Made by a program: the position numbers and the translations under genes. The notes under the pieces were generated by a model. It saw only the letters and a list, made by a program, of their open reading frames with translations, was not told where the DNA came from and ran no database searches. From assembly GCA_002633005.1 (NCBI GenBank), contig NMRA01000126.1, positions 481,883 to 545,882 of the forward strand: a stretch of 64,000 nt of DNA, read 5' to 3'. Shown piece after piece: positions 11,553 to 25,567 of this stretch. The DNA comes from Phoronis australis. Its lineage: Eukaryota > Animalia > Phoronida. Position 1 is the first letter of the stretch. Each line of letters opens with the position of its first letter.

Positions 11553-13228
11553 TCAGTCCTCATACTGCTGCAGTGATGCAATTCCTTCCTCTGCTGATAT
11601 GCAGCCTGAATCGTTCTCGTCCGAAGGCTGGTCAGATTTGAATTCTGCCCTGTCCTTGTCATCTACATTGACCTTGTCTTCATTCATGTGAGCCCCTTCA
11701 TCAGGGGAGAGATCATGCTCGGGTGAGCCACACCCGTTGACGAGATTTCTTGGTGAAGTGTGAGGTGACAGGCTCCCCATGGAGCCAGCATCAGAATGCG
11801 ACTGGTAGCCATTGGAGTCTTCTAGCAGATCATTTCCATCTTCCGATGAATTACTGGCATCCATGATGTGTGCGAGATCAGATGCGGGGGGAGGCATGCA
11901 CGTGCTTGTCTTCCAGTGTGTTTTAAGCCCACTTGCACTGATGTACTTTCTGCCACAAGACAGACATTCATATGGGCGCTCGTTAGTATGGAGACGTTTG
12001 TGAAGTTTCAGGTGAACAAACTGGGTAAATTTGGCTGGGCAAAGCTTGCATGCGAATGGCTTCTCACCATTGTGAAGCCGCATATGAGTTTTCAAGTTAC
12101 TGGTACTGCTGAAGCGCTTTTGACACACACCGCACTCATGGGGTTTTTCACCTGTGTGCACTAGGTGGTGCTTCTGTAAATGTGCCAGTTGTGTGAACCC
12201 TTTATTACATGTCTGACAAACGAACGGACGTTCTCCAGTGTGGGTGCGTAAGTGGACTTTAAGATTTGACAGCTGACCAAAACTCTTGTAGCAGATGTTA
12301 CATTCATAATGCATTTTGCCATCCTTTTTCCTCAGTGGGTAAGGTAATGAGCGATATCCCCGTGTCTCATTTGAATTTAATTTTTCCTTTGCCAAGTTTA
12401 AAACCTGATCATTTGGTGTCTTCAGAGTGGCTGCCTGAGATGCATAAGCAGTCTGCATGGCCTGAAAAGCAGATGGATAGAGATGCCATGGCAGGCCAGC
12501 GTAGGGGTTCATGGGAAATATCCCAGAATTCATTGCATATAACGAGGCAATGGTTGGGTTTGGAAACATGAAGGGGTTGGTGGATTTTGAGATGAAAGGG
12601 TTCACAGGAGTGATTGGGTGAGATTTTGGAACCGTTGTGTTTTCTTTTTCTTTATTCTTCAGGTCATCAGGTTTAGATAAAAGCAGCTTGCTGCTTTGGT
12701 CCGATACTGTGGGAAATACTGGATTGCTCTTCAATGAAAATGATGGTTGACTTTCTAGTGAGGAAGAACATTTTGAAGCACCGTTGATTGGAGATGTTGG
12801 AGTTTCGTGTTTAGTTTTTATGTCCGATGCTGATCTCTCGAAGCTCTCCTGGCTACATTCCTTCATTTTCTTCAACAGCAAATTCTCTATAATTCCTGTC
12901 GCTGGTCTTTTTATTGGTCGAGGTTTAAAGGGAAATCTTGTTGTCGGGAATCTCTCGTATGAAATGTTAGACAGTGGACTGGGTCCCCGGATTAGTGGGT
13001 TTAGGGAATTTGGCAGCATACTCTTGGACTCTGTCATTTTATCATCATCTTGGAGTTTTGGAATGTCATGGCGATTGTTTCTACTTTTCATGCTGAAGTC
13101 CAAAGCTGCATTTTCATCTCTCATGTAGCCAGGATTGAAGCCAAGGTGAAGGCCGTGTCCATAGTAACCACTAAGAAAAGGCAAGTGAGACAGCTCCAAT
13201 GGTGGATCACTGAAGTAGAGCGGTGTAT
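11553..13228 (-). CDS. PRDM1: PRDM1/Blimp-1 terminal coding exon: Pro/Ser-rich region, five C2H2 zinc fingers, acidic tail
   Basis: Acceptor tttttttccag (+ ct at 13229-13230), in frame with the 548-aa ORF. Contains [20 protein letters not shown] and the fingers [32 protein letters not shown] and [10 protein letters not shown], diagnostic of Blimp-1. Stop TGA at 11555-11553. Confidence 0.97.
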
Positions 13229-14475
13229 CTGGAAAAAAAGTTTTTTTCTTACAATAAAGGTTTACATGTGGCTTATTGCTGGTATATTGTAGTGCTACTT
13301 TGAGACTTGTCTTGGCAGTTTTGTTATCGCATTTTGTAGAAAAATAAGCCTCCTCTACTGTTCTTCATCACTTAGTTTTCTGAGCAGTTATACAGAGTAA
13401 TAGTTAAAATCATATTCTGAGCCAACATGAACGGAACTGATCTGTCATACTATGAACCACCATGAACAGAAATGATAATACACTGTATACTATCTTCATT
13501 TGGTAACAATTATTTACAAGACGAGATAAAACTCAAATAAATCACTATTATAAAACTTAAGTGCTCTTTTTGTTTTGTTATGTAACAAACTATATTGCAC
13601 ATTAATATGATTCATCTTCAGTCATTTTATGCCAAATTTTGAACTTTTGATTATTTCCGCTAACAAATTGAGGTATTTCCCATTTAAAGAGTCTCGATTT
13701 AATGAGTGGATTCGTGGAGCTGGAAAACCCACCCATCTGAGCAACATTTTCCATATAACTTGAATATTCCACTTTTGTAGGACTCCCTTGACCCATGGGA
13801 GGGATTATGACATAATAAAATATTATTACTCCCAATCTCATCACTGCTTTCGTTATCCCTTTACTCTTGGCATCCATTCATGTGATCTGCCAACTTTAGC
13901 TTTTGTACTTATTTGTTCATTGAGATGTCCAATGGTCAGCCATATGAAGGTTCAAGGTGTTGTGTAATAGCTTATAGATAATAAGTAGTCACAGTTCACT
14001 ACAAAAGCATGTGGTAGGATGTATCAAATGATGGTGATATCTAATAAAACAAGCTCGTCCCAAAATACCTCAATATCATTGTTTTGGTTTGTGTTTTGAA
14101 TGAAACCCTTTGTTATGGTTTTTAGTGTGCAGTGAGGTACATTGTGTGCTGAATTACATCTGATGGAACTGGACAGAATGGAGTCACTACTGGGAAGATT
14201 TGATGTCACTGACATGATTTATTCCATTTTTAAGTTTTTGATTTTCAATTTTGATGTAATTGCTGCTGTTTGGGCATCAAACATATTTTAAATTTAAATT
14301 TTAAATTTAAAACCTTATCACAACATAAAATGTAGGATTTGAATTTCAGCTTATAATGCATGAAACCATTCTAAACAGTTTCTTCTGCAAATTATTATGC
14401 ATGGCATGAAAACTCGCATGCTTGCCTTACAAAATATCTCTACTTAGCAAAGATATTGCAATATGTCGGACTCAC

Positions 14476-14728
14476 TTATTCTGTGCATCATTTCGTCACT
14501 GGAGAGAGGATACCCAAGGCGTTGAGCAAATTCCTTGCAGTACCAAACGAGAAGCTCTGTGCCTGGCGGAATTCCTTTTGTGGTGTAGAAGTATATGTTG
14601 AGATTGATTTGGCAAGCCACTACATTTTGTGATGATGAGGCGTCCGCTGGGTTCACATATCGCATCCAGTTACTCTTGCTGGTGTCAAACCCATCGATGA
14701 AGTAATACAACTCGTCCCCTTTATAGAT
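14476..14728 (-). CDS. PRDM1: PRDM1 exon encoding the C-terminal half of the PR/SET domain
   Basis: IYKGDELYYFIDGFDTSKSNWMRYVNPA...IYFYTTKGIPPGTELLVWYCKEFAQRL. Acceptor tgttgcag, donor gtgagt, 253 nt, phase 0 to 1, joins the next exon in frame. Confidence 0.96.
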
Positions 14729-17700
14729 CTGCAACACAAAATTAAGTTCTTATTTTCTCCAGTCATGCTCTGATATTAAATTTCTACTGATTCCACAATG
14801 TTCGCACTCGTTCTTGTACTTTTTCATAACTATGTGCTTGTTTATTGGGCGAAACGGCTTGTTTTATCACCACAATTTAATTTTAACATTTAAATCTTTC
14901 TTTAAAAGAAATAGTGTTTTTGAAAATTACGGCAAGCTTTCATAGCGTGTTGGCACTATTTTAGAATCTGTTCATGTATTATTCAACAGCTTTGTTTTTT
15001 GGTGATTATCCTTCAAATTCATGTTAAGAATTATTTATCTTAAGGCATCATTATCTATGGTTTGCACTTAATCAAAGAATTGAGTATGCACTTATTTTCA
15101 TTTAACCTCGGCCTGTGAGGTTGTCAACAGAGATGCCTCTGCATGCTAGAGTTATCAAGCCTGACCCTGCCCCTAATTTGCAGGTGATCATGTCTTACGT
15201 TTTGAATACAGTCCTTGGGCATGTTTTAGAAACCATGACGTTGAACGTTGCTTCTTTAAATGTGAACTAGGTTGAATTATGCATGAATAAATGGAAAACT
15301 TTAATATAATGCCGTACAATGGAGAACTATAAACTGTTACATTAATATAGGATGGCTTTTGTCACACATAGTAGTTATACAGAATGTAGCAAAAAGGTTG
15401 ACTTAAAACCCCTAACCAGTGGTATTAACCCAATTTATTCATTGACAAATGCCCTTTATTCTGCGCCTGCTAGTAAAACAACCCTGGTACCTTTCAGTTA
15501 AACAAATGAAGAACTGTATAACAGGTCATTCAATATGGCTAGATTTGGGTTCTCTAAATAAAAGATAATTTGTAACAAGATTCAATTCTATAGAAGTCGG
15601 TAATTTAAGCACAGTCATGCTTAATTTTCTAATATCCCGAAGTAAAAAAGAAATTTGATGAAAATAAGTGTAGCTACATCCCCAAGCATGCTTTATTTTT
15701 CTCACAATCAGGAAAATTATTGATAATGTGTTGAAATTTGTTAAGAAATTTCCATCAGTGCACAGGTTTGTTTACGTTGTGTTAATCCTTATATACAGTA
15801 AAATCTCAACAATTTCTGACTGACATAAATAATTGGCAAAATAACTGATTCACATTTTCAAGGGCTTCAAACATTGTTGTGAATGATTACAGTTTTTCAA
15901 AGTATTGTCAGTTCGTAGCTGTTGTATGGAACTTGAATATGGCACAGCATCATTCTGGCACTGTGTTTCATGTATGAAAAAAATGAATAAATAAAATTAC
16001 ACATGTTCACCATATTGTGTCCTAAACTGGTGAGATTTTCTCCGTAATTGGATAATGAAGCATAGCATCTTATTATGACTTGCTAATAAAATGAATACTT
16101 AAAGTAGCTATGGTATATCAAACTACCTGCCTTCCATCACTAAAAATCGCTTTCAATTTAACCATTTAGTGTTGTTAAACTGGTCTCAAATTGTTCCTTA
16201 AAGTCAAATTGGTTGTTATCAAGAGACTTCAAAAGAATTGCCATTTCATTATTACTTGAGACCAGACTCTACAAGTTGTCTTGTCAATGAGTGATTTTAT
16301 CTACCAGGCATGGTCTTGAGGAATTACAAACTCATTTCTTTGCATCCCAAGAAATCATTTCTCATCTGAGCAAGGAACAAGTTGAGACCAATTTTAAAGT
16401 GTTTAAGTGGTCTAAATCAAAAGTTTACTTCTTAGGACAGATTGCAAATGTTTGAGACATTTACCTAAACAGGTCAATGCACTTAATAAAGTAAGCAAAC
16501 AATACTACACACACTCTGTTTTGGAGGCTCAGAAATATGAAACTTCAAACAAAGATAGGTAGATTAGAGATGGTTTAACAAGCTGAAACATAGCTTTTGA
16601 GTTCTATCCCTGAAAATACAGCGCATGAGTTCTGCCCTCAAAAGTATGGCTTATGAGTTCTATCCAAGATGATACAATCCTGGTAAACTAAAGGTGTTAA
16701 CTTACCTTTATCTCAGAATTTGAATTGTTTTACAAAAACAAAAACTAAACAAAGCCATTCTCACCTTTGAAATACATACTTGTCCCAGAATGATAATCAC
16801 AATCTTTACTACATGACAAAAACCTTCACACCTTTCATTACTTTCTGTTATTGTCAAGTTCAAGGAAACATTTACCCTTTTGCTCTGAGTCAAAAATGTC
16901 AATGAATGTCCAGAACACTGTTAACTTATATACCTGATTGGAGACCTATAGATTTAATATTTACCAAAATCTCACTGTTTTACAGTCCTGGTTTCCCTGT
17001 CTATCTCCTCACATTTGGTATAATCCAATTCATGTAAATGATACCAGTGTAGCATTCACCTAATGAAAATGATGAATCTGGCTCAAGTTATCCATGTGGC
17101 TACAAGTTGTAATGTCACTCAGTTTACATGGCTGTCTAGCTTTTTGAAAACCCAGTTGGCTCCAAAATGTGGTTTTAATTCACGGTAAGAGGGCGTAATA
17201 AATTTTACTGACTTCAACCTCTCATGTCCAGAATTTATTGGAATAACGTTGCCTTTTAGATGAATGTATTCTTTTAAAAGTATGCCAAAATTGAGGTTGT
17301 ACTGATTTGCATTTGCTATGCTGTGACTCCATTTGGTAATAAATAAAATATTATATAAGCAATTAAATATATCGGCCAGTTTCTTTATGAAATGGATGCA
17401 AAGTTAGTATAACATTTTGGTTTACTACTTTACAAAAGGTCATAAAATATAGTAGATCTTAATATTTTGAAAACCATATTTCTTGTAAACCATTTATTAA
17501 TTGATTCAATTTAAACAATTTACCTTGATAATTCTGTACTTCAACAGCTCTTTTTATACCATTCCGTGTGCGTTTATTTTTCATGCTCCTAGCCACTTGC
17601 GTCGGGTAAATTTTCACTGCTTCAAATGCAAATCAGTACACCGTGGGGGTAGCGTGCAGAGAAAGTCAGTCGCAACTTATTTACTTTTTATTCTTGAGAA

Positions 17701-19291
17701 TAATCAGCGTCACAAAGTAAAAGTGGCCTTGTGTTTTGTTTCGAGTCATTGCATTGGTGTAAAATAACAAAAACGGCTAGACGGTTTTGTTTTGAATTCT
17801 ATACAAGGCTGAAGTTACGCTTTCATTCGCGGCAGTTCATGAAATATAGGTCTACAATAACACTTTGATATGGTACTGTTATAAAAACCTACTTTGCAGC
17901 ACGCGCTATTATGTTCTAAACAATCAACAGTATGTTGTGGTTCTTTGAGGAACCTCTAAATATGGCCATTCTAAAATATTTTAGTTTTCTGTGATTGAAA
18001 AAAAACAGAAATATACACTGCAAAACTATGCCAACCGTTATCCTGTGTTGGGACCATAGAGATAGTCTCCCATTCTACTTTATGCCTACAGTACAGACTG
18101 TGCTAAAGAGTTGACTTTAATGTTTCATGGATTTTCTAAACAAGCGTACCAAATTTTAAAGTGTAGTTCCCTTGTAATAATGGTACCATTGAGTAAGGCA
18201 CACTTAAATAATAACGGCTGTAGCCCTTTCACTCTTATTTCTAACAGCACATTACTTTTTATTATCAATGTTTAAATGTTCCTGTAGATGGCTTACTTTC
18301 AAAAACAACAAACCTAGGAATTACGCCATTAAATCATTTGTGTGTGGATTAAAATGCCCTTTTTGTTGTGTTATAGACTGGCTTAGGGGCTGGTGTTAGT
18401 ATTAGGGACCTAATAACCTCTTTGTACAGCTACCCACAGCTTAATAGTCACCATTAGCATTTGCAACCTTGTGCAAAGAAGTATGTGCGTAACCCAAAAA
18501 CTTAATCTGTAAAATTTCTTTCGTGATAGATTTTTTATGGTCACGCTAACTGAATAGATGCTTTCAAGCACAACTGTGACTGTAAACAATCCCTGTCATT
18601 AAACAGTGCAAGCAAGTTAAAAGCTAGGAACTGAAATGAAACATTTAAAGAAAGTTCCTATCCTTACATTTCATTTATTTTTATTTAACCCTGCATGCAT
18701 TTCTCTTGCCACTATTATCACCATCAGAACAGATTGTAACAATAAGTATCACATAAGGTACAACACCATAAATATGGTTTCTGTAGTTATTTTACTTCTC
18801 TAAATCTTTTGAAATTTTCCATTAAAATATAGGATTGTTATGGTTTCAGAGCTGGGATTTCATACAGTATTTTGGTCTTTGTGACATGAACCAACCAAAC
18901 TCTCTAATTAATCTTATCCTTGATCAGATGTTTCATTAAGCATCAGATTAGCCATGCAGAAATGATCGGTAATTGGCGCCAGTTCATTTGATACACACAA
19001 TGTCTTCATCTTCATTAATGGGATAGACTATGAACATGGCTTGGGTCTGATTTAGGACCAATATATGAACTTACAAATTATTATTTTTCCAACAAGCTAT
19101 CACCAGTATTTTCTCAAATATCACATTTTTTCTAATCTCTTAGTATTAGTATCAAAAGTCATAACGTTGAAGAGATTCAATGCTAAAAATCTTTTGAATA
19201 ACAATGTTGTTGCACTTGGTAGTGGAAGTAGGTAAGATTGACAAACAATTGAACTTTAGCTAAATGAAAATGGCCACACAAATCTACTTAC

Positions 19292-19411
19292 TCTCCAAAA
19301 ATAATTTCTGTTGGCTGTCTTTGAAATGCTATCTTTCATGAGAATCTGTCCCTGCAGAGGTCCAAAGCGTGTTCCTTTCGGTATATATTCTGTGCTCCAA
19401 ACGCCTTGTAC
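19292..19411 (-). CDS. PRDM1: PRDM1 exon encoding the N-terminal part of the PR/SET domain
   Basis: [22 protein letters not shown]...ANRNYFWR. Acceptor ttattgcag, donor gtaagt, 120 nt, phase 0 to 0. Confidence 0.96.
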
Positions 19412-22400
19412 CTGCAATAAGTAATGGTCAGTTCTTATAAGTCTGTAGTCAGTTTTAATGTTCATAATGTCTCTGATATTCACGTCCCAAAGCGATTAAA
19501 AAATAATTGAGGCATACTTTCTTTGTAATGTGACTGTCAAAAATTTAGGTCAATATTTCTTGTATATTAGTTACCGAGAAACCCCCAAAAACAGGCGCTC
19601 GTCGTCTTTCAGACTATATCAGATGGTTAATTGATTGCAATAATTTTTTATCTGATCCTCTTCGTTGTCTTAAGCACCCTGTGACTGGTGCTTTCTACTT
19701 GCTAATGGTCATGTTATAGGTTTTTTATTTCACTCTCTGAAACTTGAAGATAGACACCATTTTTGTTATCAGTTTATTACATCCCGTGAAAATCTTGAAT
19801 TCCCTACAAGAATTAGTTTGTTAAGTGAAAAGAGAAATTTCAGTCCTGGCGTGGCACTCTCATAGAAGAGGTATACGATACATGCGGCTCGTATAGACGA
19901 CTTTCTTAAAACCAGTTTCCATTCAAAAGAGTGCCTTTTCTCTCAAAATTCCTTTCAAATTGTGCGTTTTCCACCTTGTTTCCCTAAAAAAGTTCACTTA
20001 GATTATTCAAAACTTTTCAAAAGGTCTTTTTCCAACTATAAAAATCCACAGAAGGGTTTTCAGCATCGTCCCTGTTTCAGGCAGAATGGGATTTTAAGAC
20101 AGCTGCACAAGAATCCTAGAGGATTAGTAGGTTTTATTATGAAATTATCCTACTACAGGTGGCATTTCTGGAACAAAAATCCACAGAAGGTCACTTTTTC
20201 ATATAAACTCCTTACAAGTGGGTTCTTTCCTTCAAGACTACCCTGCAAATGGGTCGGTATCTAAAACTACATCCTCAGTAAAAGTGTGGCTTCTGTTATG
20301 AAGAAGAACAAGAACTTATGCAATGCAGCATTTCCAAAGGTCTTAAGTAACTACAGTGTGTGTGCAAAGTGCAGGTATATTTTGTTGTTCTTATTGATAT
20401 GGATTTGATATCAATGCCTCTGCAAGTTTTCTGAAAAAAAATAGGTAGCTTTTCGTCAACTTAGTGAATCTTGAGATGAGTAGATCTGTTATTTTATTAG
20501 CATTGGAGGGTGGAGGATTAAACATTAATTTAAAAGAACAAGTTTTACAATCAGTTAATGTAGCTAATGTTGTCTGACTGTCTTCCCTCCCCAGCAACTG
20601 GTGCTTGAGGTTAACCACACTGTATGCTGGAGGCTACTCTCATTTACTGAGTGAACTTTTCAAATCTTCAGCAGCACACCTGTAGCCAAAATCATGTTGG
20701 GAACCCCCAGGACTGTGTCTATTCAAAATATGTGCTGCCAGGTCTCCAAGGCCCATCTCTACCTTGTGATACTTTTGTTTTATTCCCAGGAGTCATGTTT
20801 AATCACCTGCAATTACCCTGTGTGAATGCATCTTTAATTTGATGTGACCTTAGATATTGATGTAAAAGAATGAGTTTAATAACACAGTTAATGATACATG
20901 TATATTCTGTACTTGGCCGAAAGTTTTTCGATCCAGTTATTGCAAATCTGTGTCCTCTATTTGATGCTTGTGCCTAAATCTAAAACAATAGAAATCTCCT
21001 TTGTCCTGGAGGTAGGAAAATTTGCTATTTCATTGGACTCATTTTAGAAATGACTGGCTGATTCTAAGAATCAAGTCGAAAAATATTTCATCCACAGGTA
21101 CTTCTCAAGTGTATTCAACTTTCTGCAGCGCACAGTACTGCTGCAGTAAAACTTTGCTCACATTGGAAGGTTGAATACTATTAATGCAGTGGAGAAAAAA
21201 TTGAAAAAGCAAGGCACCAACAAATAACATGAGAAACTCCAATGACGCAAAAACAGGGTTAAGGAACTGATGGACGGATGTTTCAGCATTGTGGGTAATT
21301 ACTGCAAGATTCAAGTGTCGGTGTATAATCTGCTGCCATCCCATTGGAGCTGATTTGGTTCGATGTTATTTTTTGCCATGTAGGTCATTCCAGTGTACCT
21401 TTGTGGGTTTCCCTCTCTGTCCCCTTGAGCTTTGATGGAAACCGAAGAACTATGCAGGTGCGACGTTCATACTACACATACTGCTTCCTCTGAGGGACTC
21501 ACTATGGTTTTGATATCTGTTATCAAGAATGAGTTTTTATTATTAAATTTTGCATTCATTTTTTTGCTGGAAGTTTCAGTAGTCAGTTTGCTCCTTGGGG
21601 TCAGACAGGCGTAAAATGCATAACAAAATTGTGTCACTGGTTTTGAAAAGTGGACAATTTTATGACACATTCATGGTCTTGTAAGTAGCTCTGTGTAAAA
21701 GAATTTGATGTGCTTTTGCTGATGGGGACAAATCAATCATTTGTCTGGTTAATTTGCATTTATATGCCAAGTGTACTGTCACACTTAACTGTTCTTTTGG
21801 CATAAAGATTTAAACTGTATCAGATATAACATTGATGTTTTAAATGGCAATTGCTGTATCTAGACAACAAATGAATATCATCAATTATTTTTTATGTGCC
21901 CTCTGATACAACTGAAAGTTAACTGAAGGGTAGTAGAACAATTATGACTTTCAGTTCTCTCATGTTTGCTTTCCATTAAGCTATTTTAATTAAAGCTGTG
22001 TTTTGCCCTCTTCAGATGGCTTAAAAAACAAAAATCGATATTTCTTACTATTACCATCACCAACACAAACCTTGAAAAACAACTATTGGAGTCACGTGCC
22101 ATTTAAGCTTGGCTAACCCCATAGTTTGACCAACCCTAAATATGATAAGTATCGCCACCTAAAATATAAACGTTCTTTGCTTAGCAAAATGTCAGTTATA
22201 CGATATTTGCTGAATGTTATTCCCAACTTTCAATTTTCCTGTAGTGGATGAAGTTTGTCACAACCTGGAAAAAAGTTTAATATTATAAATTGATATCTTA
22301 GTGTTTCCAGACAAGGTGGTCAGCTTTTTTGCAGTAATTATTTGTATTTGTATAATGCTCCATATTACTAAAAGCTTAAAGTTTCATTTTGTGTTTTGTA

Positions 22401-23594
22401 TAGTTCCCTCTACTTTCAATCAACTAGATTTTTGCATACTTTTCTTCGGCCATTTTAATAGTGTCACAAGACCTAGAAATATGGATAGAACTTAAAAGGA
22501 TACTTTGGTTTTTGGAATTTGTTTGGTAATATTGTACTACAGTTTGAAACTGAGTAACAATGTCAGGAGTTGAAAAACAGATGTAGGAAAACTAATTTGA
22601 AGGGATATCTGGTGCAAGAACTTGGGTTTTCACCCCCTAGTCCTGCTACAAGTTGGGCATCACAGAGACTTCCCCGTGGGGGATGTTGTTGGTCTGTTGT
22701 TAATCCATGATCTTTTGCTTTCATTTTTATTTAAATTTTGTCTATATCTGCTTCAAGTGAACAATAACTGTAAGCCTAATGGGAGATGCTGCATTCAGTG
22801 TAAACTGGCAAAAACACAGCAGCACAGCATGAAGCAGTTACATAACTTGCTGAGGATTAGCTGGCCCCAAATACTGGGCTTATCTATCTCATGAATCATC
22901 AGTTATCTGCCTACCCTAACCAAGAGAATACAGATTGACTACAGAAAATGCTTAAAAATAATACTTAATGAATAATAAAAACAAAATATTTTTTTGCCTT
23001 TTTAATCTAAGATAAAACCACAAAAATGCCATATTTGAGAAACTAAGAGACCAAAGGATTACATCTTTCCCTATTTAAAATGTTGTCTTCCTGAAATATT
23101 GTATCCAAGCAACTTAAAACTACTGTCAACCCATTATAGTTTATGTTTTCTGAATCTTGGAGTCAAAGCGAATCTATTCATATCATTCACAACACTGTGT
23201 CATTCTTGTGGTCACTTGGGCCATGCCTTCTTCATAAAAATGTTGTTCTTGAAAGGTTGGTTGCGTGAGAAGATGAAGTTGAGCTCATGAAAGAATTGAA
23301 AATAATTCATCTTGGAACTAAAGAGGTGGCTTGAGTTTCAACCCATCATACACCTGACTAAAGTTTCTCCATGATTTTCGCCACTCTGACCGAATCCACC
23401 AGAGGTCACACAGACTTGAAAAAGCCAGCAGACGCTTGCAAAACGTTGTCCTTTTATCTCAAGTAAGTTCAGTTACGACTCAATTTTCTGCATATTATTC
23501 TTCAGAACTTAGAAATAACACCTTAGCATGATGATTCGCCTGGCAAAGTAGATTGACAAAATTATAGATTTTTGCATTAACAGGCTACTCTTAA

Positions 23595-25567
23595 GGTAGG
23601 TGCATACACTGGTCAAATCTCCAGGTTCCTATCTAAAATAAATATAAAGGGGGTTTTAACTAGTTAGAAATTACTCTGAAAGTGACAAAAATTAAAAAAA
23701 AAATTATTGTAGTTTTTTTTTTTAAATCGTAGTTTTTATTTTTCAAAAAATCCAATTTTACTTCGCATTTTTTTCAAAATACACAGGGATTATCATCAAC
23801 TGTTTCCTTACGCAATATTCTACATATACATACCAAATATATGTACAAAATCATTATGATCTTGATTTTGTGGCTTTTTTGCGTGTGAGTTGGGGCAATC
23901 ACGCCACTTTCTGTCATTTGGTCACTTTCCGTTTAATAACTAAAAATCTGGTCCATGTATCAAAAAACCCTGGCACGCGATTTTGCTTCAGTCCTAGAGG
24001 ATTTCAAATTTGCAAATTTCGTAAAAATTGACCTACGTGTTGCGGAAAAATAGGCCCAAGAATCTTGTCACTAACGTGAAATCACAAGCCGAGAAAAACG
24101 GCTTTGAAGTTAGAGTGGTCTTCGATTGCTACTTGAGGTCAAAATTCGTTCAGAATGCGCGGTCATTCTGTTCCAATTTTTGTTGATGTACTAGAAATAA
24201 AGCTGATATTTACTTCATGTTTAGAAAATGTGACATACCTGTTTGTTTATAGCGTAATTTTAATCATTTTTGCGAACTTGTGGAGCACGACAGACGACCA
24301 AAACAAATGTGGCTGTCACGTGGGCGGAGCTTAGCGATGATCTATTGTCTGCTGTACTGGTGTGCCAACCACACATCATTAAAATCATGAGTTGATTGTT
24401 TAATGCGACTCATCTGAACTATCCACTCAATGTGGTAAAAGACTCTCTAACTGTATTACGTAGACCTATTTGTTAGTATTCCAATATTATATGTAGTTAC
24501 CATCTCTTCATCAACCAGTATATGTGTTATATTAAATCGCCGCGTTACTGTCTACATAACAATATTGGCGATGAGGATAAAGAACTACTTTCATCGTAAT
24601 GGTTCAACATTTTCACGTGCCTGTACCACCAACATTTTGACCGCATGGACTTTGGGATAAGAAAATAGCACTTTCAGCACAAATAGCGTCACTTGGGTGA
24701 GATTCTCAAGTTACCAAAGTTTCTTATATTCCTTTCCTATAAAATCGTAAAATATCATGAGTTTTAATTCAGGGATACGTTTGAATCTAAGCACGAAAAC
24801 AATTTTGTTATGTTGAACACTTGGTCATTTCTCTAATTCTTTGGGTTACGGCCGGCAGCAAGTTAAAAAATACCCTGAGTTTGGCAGCCTATTTTCTCCA
24901 TGGCGCGTTCCTAGCACAGAAGCACGATTTATCTCCAAAAACTCTACTCTGACGGCATGTAGTTGTCTCGCGTGCGGCGTGTCTTCACAGCGCATGCATG
25001 TACTTTCATCGAATCGTGCAACACCACCCACGTTGACGCTCAGCGTCCTCTCGCAAGCCACCTCGCCTTTCCGACTTCTCTTGCACACGCACAATTTCCG
25101 CACTGACTCCTCAAGCTGAGTGCAGTGATTGCTTCGGTAGAACTTGACATACTCAACTCAATTTTTTTTGCAGATGGACAAACAGGCTCAGGATCGGAAC
25201 AGGAGCTAGTTCACCATTTCACCTCCAACTTTCACATGGTCAAAAATAGAATTATTTTATTTTTGGCCTTACTACAATAATATCAGCTGTCGGGTACAGC
25301 ACTCTCGGTTACGCAATGTTTGTTGACAGGGTTAGATTAGAGCTAATGTCCTGGTATAAGCTCCACCCCACTTGTCAGTCACTGAGCTGGTGATCACTCA
25401 AGCCATATGACTTACTGAAGCTTGGTCAAATATAATTAAAAAGCAACTTTGGATTTTCAGAATGGTTTTATTTTTCTTCAGTATACTGTGCATGAAGAAT
25501 TGAAGACTAGGATGATATAAAAATGTAAAAAACAGTCAAAATCAATTTTTTTGTGTATCCACCTACC
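23595..25567. mobile_element. Non-autonomous Kolobok-like DNA transposon in a PRDM1 intron
   Basis: 15-bp TIR GGTAGGTGCATACAC / GTGTATCCACCTACC (1 mismatch), TTAA on both sides (23591-23594, 25568-25571), GG termini. Internal Cys-containing coding relic on the minus strand. Confidence 0.8.
24846..25215 (-). pseudogene. Probable degraded transposase N-terminal fragment inside the TTAA element
   Basis: Frameshifted segments PSAKKIEL...LCVCKRSRKG...GGVARF..TCMRC...EIN resemble the zinc-binding N-termini of TTAA-type invertebrate transposases. Recognition is by eye only. Confidence 0.4.

Noticed and set aside
11541-11556. Stop-codon readthrough of PRDM1
   Set aside because: Context is TGA-AGT rather than TGA-CTA, and an in-frame TAG follows two codons later.
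11812-13292. Plus-strand ORFs overlapping PRDM1
   Set aside because: Antisense shadows of a real coding exon.
21100-21500. Cys-rich PHD-like translation (CIICCH...CYFCHVGH) and a hydrophobic minus-strand ORF
   Set aside because: The ligand pattern is incomplete, there are no splice signals or recognisable homology, and it is consistent with chance.
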